Positions 8,061 to 15,965 of a stretch of DNA of 30,152 bases are shown here, piece after piece. The DNA comes from an uncultured Thermotogae bacterium (GTDB lineage Bacteria; Bipolaricaulota; Bipolaricaulia; UBA7950; UBA9294). Below the pieces are notes generated by a model that made no database searches, had not been told where the DNA came from, and was given only the letters and a program-made list of their open reading frames with translations. Each line of letters starts with the position of its first letter. Positions within the stretch are counted from its first letter, which is position 1. The stretch lies in NCBI GenBank assembly GCA_964494835.1, contig CAZBSW010000001.1:1-30152 (forward strand), given 5' to 3'. Made by a program: the position numbers and the translations under genes.

Positions 8061-8087
8061 GGGATAACGGGGCTCTCAGTCGATTGC
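8061..8087 (+). repeat. Repeat B copy 1
   Basis: gggataacggggctctcagtcgattgc, 25/27 identical to 9629-9655. Confidence 0.85.
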
Positions 8088-8206
8088 GTTTATACATCCC
8101 TTAGAAAGAGATCCTTTACCCAGCCAATTCGAAAAGCATTGTGGAAATAAGGATGTCACTAGTGGGTGGGTTCGCCGCCCTGGACAGGTCAGGATTCTGA
8201 GCGCAT

Positions 8207-9427
8207 TCAAGTATCGCTCTTCTTGTACTCGAACCCTTTAACAATGTTCCTAAACCTAAGAAGCTCATGCTTGCGCAGCAGCATCTCGCTAACTGACATC
8301 GACCCTTCCGCAAGCAATTGGAAATCAGCCTTTTCGACTACCAGGACGCTACAGCCGTCCTGATGGAACCACCGTAACAGGGTGAGTCTGGCGTCCTTGA
8401 CAAGATCCTTGGACTGCGTCCCACTGATGCCACTCTTGGCGAAGAGGACGCCACACTTACATTTATGAAAACGCATCTTTGCTACGAAGTGATTCACCTC
8501 CTTTGCCCCAACTGCCCCAGTAGTGTCTTTTTCCCAGTTCTTGCATTCAACAAGGAACGCCCGCCCCAGTGCCTCAAGCATGTAAGAATTCCCAAATGAC
8601 TGCTGAACCACGATGAGATCAGACTCAGAGTCGGGGGTTGTTACGTTCCGTAGAACACGCGCACCTGGGAGAGTTTGCAACAGATATGCTGCAAAGTCCT
8701 CTAGGCGACGCCCCTTTTCGTCGTTGGTAATTCCCCTCTCATCCAGCCGGTCACACAAATGCTGCACGAAAGGACGGTTGAGTGGAACCTCCTCAGTGCC
8801 TATGTGGGGCGGTTGCAGAGGTAATTCCTGTTCTGTAAGCGTAACAGCGATTGTCTCAGGAAAGTACCACAAGTCATTGCTAGACTTATAGGCACCTTTC
8901 GTTTTCTTCTCAATCGCTTTCAGCACCGATGGCGGCATATTGAAGGCGAGACGCAATGTGGTAGCTGCTGGGCCTGCTACAGGACGAGCATCAGTTTTCT
9001 CCATGGACTGTAGAACGTCCTCAATGAAAGCGAGAGTGAAGAACCACCTGGCTATATACCTTTGCCCAAGGTTCAGATAGAAGATCCCAGCCTGGTGTGT
9101 GAAGCTCCCTTTGTGATACCTTTCCGGGAGCTTAAGCTGAAGACTGCATATGTGATGATATAGCCAGACGGTCAGATTAGTAATAGCCTGAAGCGAGAAT
9201 TTTTGACTACTAAGCTCCTTGACTACGCCCACAAAGGCTTTCCACAGCTCCGCATCATCTGGGCCTGGGGATATCATCCCATCATCGAGACCAACATGCT
9301 TTTCCAGAAGGGAGATCACGGATGAAATGTCTCCACGGAGGGTCTCAGGCTTCTCAAGCAAACCTTTTACTTCCTTGACAAGCTGTTCAGAGGGCGAGTT
9401 CGAACACATTCTTCGGTCATCTCCCAT
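8207..9427 (-). CDS. Mrr-like / PD-(D/E)xK restriction-endonuclease-domain protein
   Basis: C-terminal LEDFAAYLL...ESDLIV...FLVECKNW...VGAKEVNHF...GVLFAKSGIS fits the Mrr catalytic domain pattern; helical N-terminal half. ATG 9427 preferred (GTG 9430 also in frame). Confidence 0.8.
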   Translation of the reverse strand: MGDDRRMCSNSPSEQLVKEVKGLLEKPETLRGDISSVISLLEKHVGLDDGMISPGPDDAELWKAFVGVVKELSSQKFSLQAITNLTVWLYHHICSLQLKLPERYHKGSFTHQAGIFYLNLGQRYIARWFFTLAFIEDVLQSMEKTDARPVAGPAATTLRLAFNMPPSVLKAIEKKTKGAYKSSNDLWYFPETIAVTLTEQELPLQPPHIGTEEVPLNRPFVQHLCDRLDERGITNDEKGRRLEDFAAYLLQTLPGARVLRNVTTPDSESDLIVVQQSFGNSYMLEALGRAFLVECKNWEKDTTGAVGAKEVNHFVAKMRFHKCKCGVLFAKSGISGTQSKDLVKDARLTLLRWFHQDGCSVLVVEKADFQLLAEGSMSVSEMLLRKHELLRFRNIVKGFEYKKSDT

Positions 9428-9433
9428 CACTCA

Positions 9434-9463
9434 AGTATAGCAGAGGGCCCTCCGGCCTGGCAA
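9434..9463 (-). promoter_or_regulatory. Promoter consistent with a leaderless transcript of the Mrr-like gene
   Basis: TTGCCA-N18-TATACT with extended TGn; -10 ends 6 nt before ATG 9427; no SD. Confidence 0.5.
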
Positions 9464-9628
9464 TTCCGCATAAGGGCTAGTTTTTCTTTAACAGTTCCAC
9501 TCCGAACATGCCTTACGCAACAAGAGAAGCCTTTCGTTGTAGGACCGATGTAACATAAGAGACATTTTCTATAACGTCAGAAAACTTCCGACTTGACCCT
9601 ATCTTGACCCCTCTCAGGACTGGCGCCG

Positions 9629-9655
9629 GGAATAACGAGGCTCTCAGTCGATTGC
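9629..9655 (+). repeat. Repeat B copy 2
   Basis: ggaataacgaggctctcagtcgattgc, 25/27 identical to 8061-8087. Confidence 0.85.
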
Positions 9656-9698
9656 TGGCGTGCTATCGCATCTGCGCCTACTCCATATCGAGCTTGCG

Positions 9699-9727
9699 TT
9701 CACAAACAGAGCATCAGTTACTATACT
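9699..9727 (+). promoter_or_regulatory. Putative promoter of the PKD lipoprotein
   Basis: TTCACA-N17-TATACT. Confidence 0.55.
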
Positions 9728-9746
9728 CTCACATGGGGTGATTGCA

Positions 9747-10637
9747 ATGCGGAGGAAGGGTATTACTTGGTTGATCATTGTTGGGGCGCTGTTTCTGGCT
9801 GGTTGCAATCGGATTCCGTCGGCACTGTTCTCTGTTGACCATCTGGATGGACGATCTCCTCTGACCGTCATGTTCGACGGAGCCCTCTCCAATGATCCTG
9901 ATGGCGAGATAGTCGCCTATGAGTGGGATTTTGGTGACGGCACTTATGCTTCTGAGGCGCAGGTAACGCACACGTTCTCAACTGACACCGATTGCAACTT
10001 CAAGGTACGGCTCACAGTCACAGATGATCAGGGGGCAACAAACTCACATACCGCTACGATACACGTGCGAGGAGCGAATACCCCTCCAGAGCCAGGAGAG
10101 GTTCTCTTCTTTGACGATTTCGAGGATGGAGACGCTGATTGGGTATCAACCACTTCTGGCTGGGGGACGGACAATGGCGAATATGTCCTCTACGTTGGAA
10201 TTATGCAACCAGCCACACAGTACACCTTCGTGCTCGATGGGAAGAACTGGTCGAACTACATGATCGACGCCGACGTTTGGATCTCTGGAGGTGCGAGGGC
10301 TATTGGATTCATCTTCTACGCGCAGGAGAACCTCAACAGCTACGTAATCGCATGGGGCAGCACAGGAAAGATCTGGTGGGAAGTTTATTCCAACGGCGAC
10401 AAGATCTATGAAAGCGACCCAGTCGAGCCAGGCCTCTTTGCCAATGACCAACAGCACATCGAAGTAACAGCTAGCGGAAACACTTATAGCTACATCGTCA
10501 ATGGCCTTACTCGAAGCACCTTCGAGAACACGTATTACACAACTGGTATGCCCGGTCTTGCTGGGTACAACGGAACACCAATGATGTGGCCGTACCCTTT
10601 CGGTGTGGATAACTTTCGTGTGACAGCACTGCAATAG
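9747..10637 (+). CDS. PKD-domain lipoprotein with C-terminal beta-sandwich (LamG/DUF1080-like) domain
   Basis: Lipobox LAGC; PKD motifs SNDPDGEIVAYEWDFGDG and VRLTVTDDQG; LFFDDFEDG...NWSNYMIDADV...VDNFRV. Confidence 0.85.
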   Translation: MRRKGITWLIIVGALFLAGCNRIPSALFSVDHLDGRSPLTVMFDGALSNDPDGEIVAYEWDFGDGTYASEAQVTHTFSTDTDCNFKVRLTVTDDQGATNSHTATIHVRGANTPPEPGEVLFFDDFEDGDADWVSTTSGWGTDNGEYVLYVGIMQPATQYTFVLDGKNWSNYMIDADVWISGGARAIGFIFYAQENLNSYVIAWGSTGKIWWEVYSNGDKIYESDPVEPGLFANDQQHIEVTASGNTYSYIVNGLTRSTFENTYYTTGMPGLAGYNGTPMMWPYPFGVDNFRVTALQ

Positions 10638-10862
10638 AGCACTCTGTGCATAGGAGCGGGGGGAGGCGAGCACTCGCAACATCCGCCGTCTTCTGTTGCC
10701 AAAGCCGGTTTCTCTCAGCCTGGTAGGTAGCGGGGCTCAAGACAGAACCTTCCGAGGGGGAACGGGGTTACACCTTGTTTCTTGCATGCCGGTTCTCGTC
10801 TTCAACGTGCTTAACGATCTGACTTAGAGTGGATGAATGTAATCCGCGGGGGCAAATGAAAG

Positions 10863-10880
10863 GCGGGACCAAGGTCCCGC
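10863..10880. terminator. Hairpin, probable terminator between convergent PKD and tRNA transcripts
   Basis: GCGGGACC-AA-GGTCCCGC perfect 8-bp inverted repeat with pyrimidine-rich flanks on both strands. Confidence 0.6.
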
Positions 10881-10886
10881 GCTTCC

Positions 10887-10903
10887 TTTACCCCCGATCA
10901 GGA
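10887..10903 (-). repeat. Short degenerate copy of the tRNA-Arg 3' end
   Basis: tttacccccga (11 nt) identical to 11219-11229, then tcagga vs gagga. Confidence 0.45.
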
Positions 10904-11076
10904 TGGCGGCAACTCCTTGCGCAGCAATGAGTTGCTTGAGAGTCTGCGTGCGCAGACTCTTGAAGGATCGTGCGACAAGTAGCTTGCGAGTTGTGCTTCG
11001 CAGAACTCGATCCTACGATGTGCGTTCGAATCTTCCCGGCTACAAGAGAGGGCAGCTTTGCTACCCTCATCACGAA

Positions 11077-11101
11077 TACCCCCGAGAGGATTCGTAACCT
11101 C
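11077..11101 (-). repeat. Copy of the tRNA-Arg 3' end
   Basis: tacccccgagaggattcg identical (18 nt) to 11221-11238, continuing aacctc after a 1-nt insertion. Confidence 0.85.
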
Positions 11102-11220
11102 GGCTGTTCTTCGAACAGCTTATGAGTTTTGCACCTGCAAAACTCACGGAAGATCTCACCACTCGAGGGAAAGCAAAGGTGGAACAGGTCCCTTGTGCAG
11201 ACCCTGCCCCACCTTCGCTT

Positions 11221-11294
<74 letters not shown>

Positions 11295-11296
11295 GT

Positions 11297-11989
11297 TTAG
11301 AATTCTTCTAACATCAAATACAATTGTTTGGCTGCGGCTTGTTCTGCCTCTTTCTTGCTCCGGCCGCGCCCGTTGCCGCGATGTCCGGCTACGGTGACGG
11401 TAACTAGGAATTCCTTTCGATGCGCCTTGCCGTTGGTGCTGCTCACCGCGTAGTTGGGGCGACAGGAGAAGAGGCGCTGTGCCGTTTCCTGCAGCAGGCT
11501 CTTGTAGTCACCGGTGGCGGATTGCTCACTCAGACAGCGCTCGATCTCATCCTTGAGGTAGCGAATGACGAATCGCGACGCGTACGAAAACCCGCGTTCG
11601 AGATAGATTACGCCCATCAGTGCCTCGAACGCATTCCCAATGTTGTTAGGACGCTCTCGTCCGTGGTTCGCCTCTTCGCCCTTGCCCAGGCGAAGATACG
11701 CGGGAAGCCCGATTTGCTTTGCCTTCTCGGCAAGCATCGGGCGACTGACGACCACCGACTTCGCCTTGGTGAGCTGTCCTTCGTCCTCATCGGAATAATG
11801 GCTGAACAGATAGCTCGTTACGGCAAGGCCGATTACCGCATCGCCGAGAAACTCGAGTCGCTCGTTCGATCCGCGTGGATCATTCTGCTCGTTTGCATAA
11901 GAGCTGTGCAGGAACGCGCGCTCCAATACCTCAGGTGCGATCTTAAGACGGAGCTTCTTCGTCAGCTCCTGAATAGGTTTTTGTTCCAT
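11297..11989 (-). CDS. rnc: Ribonuclease III
   Basis: AFLHSSY, NERLEFLGDAV signature, NAFEALMGVIYLE, C-terminal dsRBD (DYKSLLQE...GRSKKEAEQAAA); start ATG 11989. Confidence 0.97.
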   Translation of the reverse strand: MEQKPIQELTKKLRLKIAPEVLERAFLHSSYANEQNDPRGSNERLEFLGDAVIGLAVTSYLFSHYSDEDEGQLTKAKSVVVSRPMLAEKAKQIGLPAYLRLGKGEEANHGRERPNNIGNAFEALMGVIYLERGFSYASRFVIRYLKDEIERCLSEQSATGDYKSLLQETAQRLFSCRPNYAVSSTNGKAHRKEFLVTVTVAGHRGNGRGRSKKEAEQAAAKQLYLMLEEF

Positions 11990-12187
11990 GCTATCTACTT
12001 CCCCTCGCTGGTTGTCTGTACACTCATCTTGCCTGTAACAAGGAGACAACCGTACACAATTATCCGCTCTTTTGGCGATTAAGGCAACCGGGCTTTTCGC
12101 AAAGGTTGTTCCTATCTGCAACAGGCGATGATTCATGTCAATAGCCCACTGTTGCAGCCCTGTATGTACAGAGGGATGACGCCATAC

Positions 12188-12216
12188 TTGACTTTGATCG
12201 ATTCTGGATTTATAAT
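12188..12216 (+). promoter_or_regulatory. sigma70 promoter of the perR operon
   Basis: TTGACT-N17-TATAAT. Confidence 0.85.
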
Positions 12217-12224
12217 GTTTCTAA
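12210..12224 (+). promoter_or_regulatory. Per box overlapping -10/+1
   Basis: TTATAATGTTTCTAA, one mismatch to the Per-box consensus TTANAATNATTNTAA. Confidence 0.7.
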
Positions 12225-12225
12225 T

Positions 12226-12687
12226 ATGAAGGAGCAAGGGTATGAATACCTACGAGAGCTGGGTCTTAACCCAACCATGCAGCGCCTTGCGGTATTGGAG
12301 CATCTGAATAGACATCGTACTCATCCAACTACTGAGGAAGTATACATGGCCGTGCGAAAGCGCCATCCGACGATCTCCAAGGCGACGGTATACAACGTAC
12401 TCGATGCGCTGAAACAGGCGGGAGCACTGCAAGAACTGACGATCGAACGGCAAGCGGCCCGATATGACATCAATGTAGCTCCGCATCCTCATTTCCTCTG
12501 CCGCCAATGTGGAAGGCTTTATGATGTGGATATTCCTTGTGCAATCAGACCGGGAGATATGGTCGACGGACACAGGACGGAGTCGGTGCAGACTTATATC
12601 TTTGGCGTCTGCGCACAGTGTGGCGCTAATAATATCAATTCTAATTCCTTGCAGGGCAAAGGATCGCAGGAGGACTTAGGTGCCTGA
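12226..12687 (+). CDS. perR: Fur-family regulator, PerR-like
   Basis: HPTTEEVY, ISKATVYNVL, HPHFLCRQCG and CAQC Zn sites; upstream Per box; heads a peroxide-defence cluster. Confidence 0.85.
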   Translation: MKEQGYEYLRELGLNPTMQRLAVLEHLNRHRTHPTTEEVYMAVRKRHPTISKATVYNVLDALKQAGALQELTIERQAARYDINVAPHPHFLCRQCGRLYDVDIPCAIRPGDMVDGHRTESVQTYIFGVCAQCGANNINSNSLQGKGSQEDLGA

Positions 12688-13456
12688 ACTTCCGGAAGTG
12701 GAAACGATCGTGCGCGGGCTTCAACCGGCCGTGGGACGAAAGATCATCGCGGTGAAGGTACTCGATCCGCGGCTTGTCGTTTCCTCAGGTGAGCTTATCG
12801 GCGCCCGCATCGAGGCGATCGAGCGGCGCGGGAAATATATCTTGATTGCGCTTTCCACCGGTGTATTGGTTGTTCATCTGCGTATGTCGGGCCAGCTTAT
12901 GCTGACCGATGACACGGACGATCGCCGGCATATGCGGTTTATGCTTGCTCTCGACAGCGGTGCGATTCGGTTCGTCAATCCACGTCGGTTGGGGACGGTG
13001 GAGTTCTCGCATGACGGATTTATGCACAAGCTTGGAATCGAGCCGCTAAATCCCAAATTCACGGCGGCGCAGCTCCAGGCGATCATCGGCAACAGCCGCG
13101 CACCGATCAAGTCGATCATCATGGATCAGAGACGTATAGCAGGGATCGGAAATATCTATGCCTCTGAGGCGCTGTGGCGCGCAAAGATCGATCCTCGCCG
13201 AAGCGGAAACACCATCACCTCTGACGAGGTTAAGCGCCTCCATACCGCTATTCGCAGCGTGCTTCGGGACGCGATCGACAATATGGGAACCACGATATCC
13301 GATTATCGCACGGCAAGCGGGGATAATGGCGAATTCCAAGAATTGCTTGCTGTATATGGACGAGAAGATGCTCTCTGCCCCGAGTGCCGGGAAAGGATTC
13401 TGCGGATCAAACAAGCGGGGCGATCGACCTACCTCTGCCCCGGTTGTCAACGATAG
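12680..13456 (+). CDS. mutM: Formamidopyrimidine-DNA glycosylase
   Basis: PELPEVE N-terminus, RRGKY, HLRMSG, AGIGNIYASE, C-terminal Zn finger CPEC...GRSTYLCPGCQ. Confidence 0.97.
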   Translation: MPELPEVETIVRGLQPAVGRKIIAVKVLDPRLVVSSGELIGARIEAIERRGKYILIALSTGVLVVHLRMSGQLMLTDDTDDRRHMRFMLALDSGAIRFVNPRRLGTVEFSHDGFMHKLGIEPLNPKFTAAQLQAIIGNSRAPIKSIIMDQRRIAGIGNIYASEALWRAKIDPRRSGNTITSDEVKRLHTAIRSVLRDAIDNMGTTISDYRTASGDNGEFQELLAVYGREDALCPECRERILRIKQAGRSTYLCPGCQR

Positions 13457-13488
13457 ACACAACAATAAGTAAATTAAGGAGGAAGATG

Positions 13489-14061
13489 ATGGAACTGAAA
13501 GGATCACGGACGGAGAAGAATCTGCTCGCCGCGTTCGCGGGAGAATCTCAGGCACGCAACCGGTACACCTATTTCGCCAGCCAAGCGAGGAAGGATGGTT
13601 TCGTCCAGATACAGGCGATATTCGAAGAGACAGCAGCGCAAGAGAAAGAGCACGCCAAGAGATTGTTCAAGTTTCTCCAGGGCGGCGAGGTCAAGATCGA
13701 TGCGGCGTTCCCGGCCGGCATGATCGGGACGACGGCAGAGAATCTGAAAGCCGCTGCCGGAGGCGAGCACTACGAGTGGGAGGAGATGTATCCTGAATTC
13801 GCACGGATTGCCCGCGAAGAGGGATTTGACGAAATTGCCGGTGTCTTCACGGCGATCGCTGTTGCAGAGAAGCAACACGAGCGCCGCTACCTTGGCCTCC
13901 TCAAGAACGTCGACCAGAAAACGGTGTTCAAGAAGGAGCAACCCGTAGTCTGGCGATGCCGCAATTGCGGCTATCTTCATACCGGCACAGAAGCACCGTC
14001 AGTCTGTCCGGCATGCGCCCATCCGCAAGCGCACTTTGAAATCTTGGCGGAAAATTGGTAG
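13489..14061 (+). CDS. rbr: Rubrerythrin
   Basis: TEKNLLAAFAGESQARNRY, EKEHA, EKQHE, C-terminal WRCRNCG...CPACAH. Confidence 0.95.
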   Translation: MELKGSRTEKNLLAAFAGESQARNRYTYFASQARKDGFVQIQAIFEETAAQEKEHAKRLFKFLQGGEVKIDAAFPAGMIGTTAENLKAAAGGEHYEWEEMYPEFARIAREEGFDEIAGVFTAIAVAEKQHERRYLGLLKNVDQKTVFKKEQPVVWRCRNCGYLHTGTEAPSVCPACAHPQAHFEILAENW

Positions 14062-14165
14062 AGAACAAGGAATATGCGGTTGGGCACATCTAAAGGGACG
14101 GCAAGCTTTCATCGAAGGTAGGGTTTGTGACCTCGGCGTAAAGATTCGAAAGAAGGGAGTAAGAA

Positions 14166-14696
14166 ATGATATCAGAACGAATGCAGGAATCCCTGAACGA
14201 GCAGATAAAGCACGAGCTTGAATCGGCATATCTGTATCTGGCGATGGTGGCATACTTCGATGCCGAGAGCCTGGACGGAATGGCTAACTGGATGCGCATT
14301 CAGACACAGGAGGAACTTGGACACGCGACGCGCTTCTTCAATCACATCGCCGAGCGTGACGGGAGGATCGAGCTGCGTGCCCTTTCCAAACCACAGAAGG
14401 AATGGGACTCACCGCTGGCAGCGTTCCAGGCGGCGTACGAGCACGAACAGTTCATCACCGGCAAGATCAACGAACTGACCAAGATCGCGACTGAAGAGAA
14501 CGACAACGCTGCCAAGATCATGTTGCAGTGGTTTGTCACCGAGCAGGTGGAGGAGGAATCGTCGACGCGCAAGGTAGTCGAGCTGTTACAGCGTGTCGGG
14601 GATTCCGGAGATGGGTTGATCATGATCGACCGCGAGCTTGGTCAGCGAACCGTGACTGCGACATCGTCGACGACAGCACAAGGAGAGGTAGCGTGA
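14166..14696 (+). CDS. ftnA: Ferritin (non-heme)
   Basis: LNEQIKHELESAYLY, QEELGHA, HEQFITGKIN, LQWFVTEQVEEE. Confidence 0.95.
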   Translation: MISERMQESLNEQIKHELESAYLYLAMVAYFDAESLDGMANWMRIQTQEELGHATRFFNHIAERDGRIELRALSKPQKEWDSPLAAFQAAYEHEQFITGKINELTKIATEENDNAAKIMLQWFVTEQVEEESSTRKVVELLQRVGDSGDGLIMIDRELGQRTVTATSSTTAQGEVA

Positions 14697-15226
14697 ACAA
14701 AGACAGCGCACTTCCGTTCGACATTGCCACCGATCGCGCCGGGTTGAACAACACCATGTTTCAAATAACGCACGGCCTGTACATCCTCACCGCCGCTTTT
14801 GGTGATCGCAAGAACGGCCAGTGCTTAGACGCGCTGATGCAGGTGACAAACTCGCCACCGCAAGTAGCTATCGGCGTGAACAAGAAGAACTTCACACACG
14901 AGCTGATTGTGAAAAGTGGGAGGTTCATCGCCAACGTGCTCGATCGCGAGCGGGCGACATGCCCGGAAGTGGTCCGCCACTTCGGCTTCCAAAGCGGGCA
15001 TGATGTCGACAAGTTTGCCGATTTCGCCCACCTGAAAGGAGAGAGCGGTATTCCCATCCTGCCGGATGCGAAGGCGTTCTACGAATGTCGCGTTCACCCT
15101 GAACTGACCCTCGATCTGGGAACACACAGCCTGTTCGTCGCTGAGGTCGAGCGCGCGGGGATGCGCACAGACGGTGAACCGCTTACATACAACGAATATC
15201 GAAATACGATACGTAACAGGAGGTAG
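14693..15226 (+). CDS. Flavin reductase-like protein (N-terminal domain of Hrb-type proteins)
   Basis: GTG 14693 overlapping the ferritin stop; [37 protein letters not shown]...[15 protein letters not shown]. Confidence 0.85.
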   Translation: MNKDSALPFDIATDRAGLNNTMFQITHGLYILTAAFGDRKNGQCLDALMQVTNSPPQVAIGVNKKNFTHELIVKSGRFIANVLDRERATCPEVVRHFGFQSGHDVDKFADFAHLKGESGIPILPDAKAFYECRVHPELTLDLGTHSLFVAEVERAGMRTDGEPLTYNEYRNTIRNRR

Positions 15227-15228
15227 AG

Positions 15229-15390
15229 ATGACCAAGTGGGTATGCACGGTATGCGGATATGTCTATGACCCGGCCAAAGGGGATCCGGACAACGGCGTG
15301 GCTCCCGGGACCCCGTTCGAAGACGTTCCCGACGACTGGACGTGTCCTGAATGCGGTGTGGGTAAGGACATGTTCGAAGAACAAGGGTGA
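15229..15390 (+). CDS. Rubredoxin (53 aa)
   Basis: [53 protein letters not shown]; AGGAGG RBS; missing from the track. Confidence 0.97.
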   Translation: MTKWVCTVCGYVYDPAKGDPDNGVAPGTPFEDVPDDWTCPECGVGKDMFEEQG

Positions 15391-15428
15391 GGGGCGGTAG
15401 CGCAAGAACAACATCACTCGCTCGTGGG

Positions 15429-15481
15429 TTGAAGGTGAAGCGATCTGTTGTATAATAAAGCGATAAAAAGATCGTTTTATC
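15429..15481 (+). promoter_or_regulatory. Promoter and palindromic operator upstream of Rrf2
   Basis: TTGAAG-N16-TATAAT (15429-15456), then GATAAAAAG-AT-CGTTTTATC (15462-15481; 8/9 inverted repeat) abutting the RBS. Confidence 0.65.
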
Positions 15482-15491
15482 TGGAGGATAG

Positions 15492-15965
15492 ATGCTCTAC
15501 TCCTTGACAACGAAATACGCGGTGGTCGCCCTGGTAGAACTAGCAAGCAGGCCAAGCGACCGTCCCGTCTTGGTAAAGGACCTAGCGGCGGCAAAGCAGA
15601 TTCCGCCCGCCTTCCTCGCCAAACTGGTACCCGCGCTCGTCAAGGCCGGCATCCTATCCTCCATCCGGGGTCGGAACGGTGGGGTCGCGTTCGCCCGCCC
15701 GCCGATGGAAGTGCCTCTGGCTGCGGTAGTGCGGACAATCGAAGGTGACGGATATTTCCGTGATTGCTTGTTTTCCCTCGCTCCGTGCGATGGCACCCCC
15801 AATTGCCCTGTACATCCAGTGTGGGGGGGATTGCGCGACAGCATCATCCGGTTCCTGGAACAGACGACGATCGGAGACATCGCAGGAAGGCTGCTTCCCA
15901 TGGAGCAACGTGCTCCCACGGGAGGAGCTTCTCCTCACAACCCAAAGGAGGAACAGAATGAGTGA
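15492..15965 (+). CDS. Rrf2-family regulator with 3-Cys Fe-S motif (NsrR/IscR-like)
   Basis: [27 protein letters not shown]-x6-C-x5-C ([14 protein letters not shown]). Confidence 0.9.
   Translation: MLYSLTTKYAVVALVELASRPSDRPVLVKDLAAAKQIPPAFLAKLVPALVKAGILSSIRGRNGGVAFARPPMEVPLAAVVRTIEGDGYFRDCLFSLAPCDGTPNCPVHPVWGGLRDSIIRFLEQTTIGDIAGRLLPMEQRAPTGGASPHNPKEEQNE

Larger units (their letters stand above)
1420..11220. mobile_element. Composite genomic island: tyrosine-recombinase cassette array downstream of tRNA-Arg
   Basis: Intact tyrosine recombinase, paralogous pseudogene, two direct-repeat families, nuclease-like and hypothetical cargo, tRNA 3' fragments at both edges, visibly AT-richer stretches (e.g. 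4800-5400). Boundaries approximate. Confidence 0.75.

Noticed and set aside
9586-9611. GACTTGACCCCT/TTGACCCCT tandem, with ACTTGAC also near 3925 and 6963
   Set aside because: Short and overlaps the -35 hexamer vocabulary; no transposase nearby to support an IS/REP end
10637-10704. Scrambled pieces of repeat A (gagcactc, tcgcaacatc, ccgccgtc), and cgcaacaagagaagcc at 9516-9531
   Set aside because: Matches are 8-10 nt and out of order; cannot be told apart from chance
10890-11220. tmRNA, RNase P, SRP RNA or a second tRNA
   Set aside because: No GGGG..GGATTCGAC, GAGGAAAGTCC or CCGGAAGGAAGCAG motifs; GTTCGAATC near 11025 has no T-stem
11420-12082. 220-aa + strand ORF
   Set aside because: Antisense shadow of rnc
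12628-12646. AT-rich Fur/Per-like stretch at the perR 3' end
   Set aside because: Three mismatches to the Per consensus and inside coding sequence
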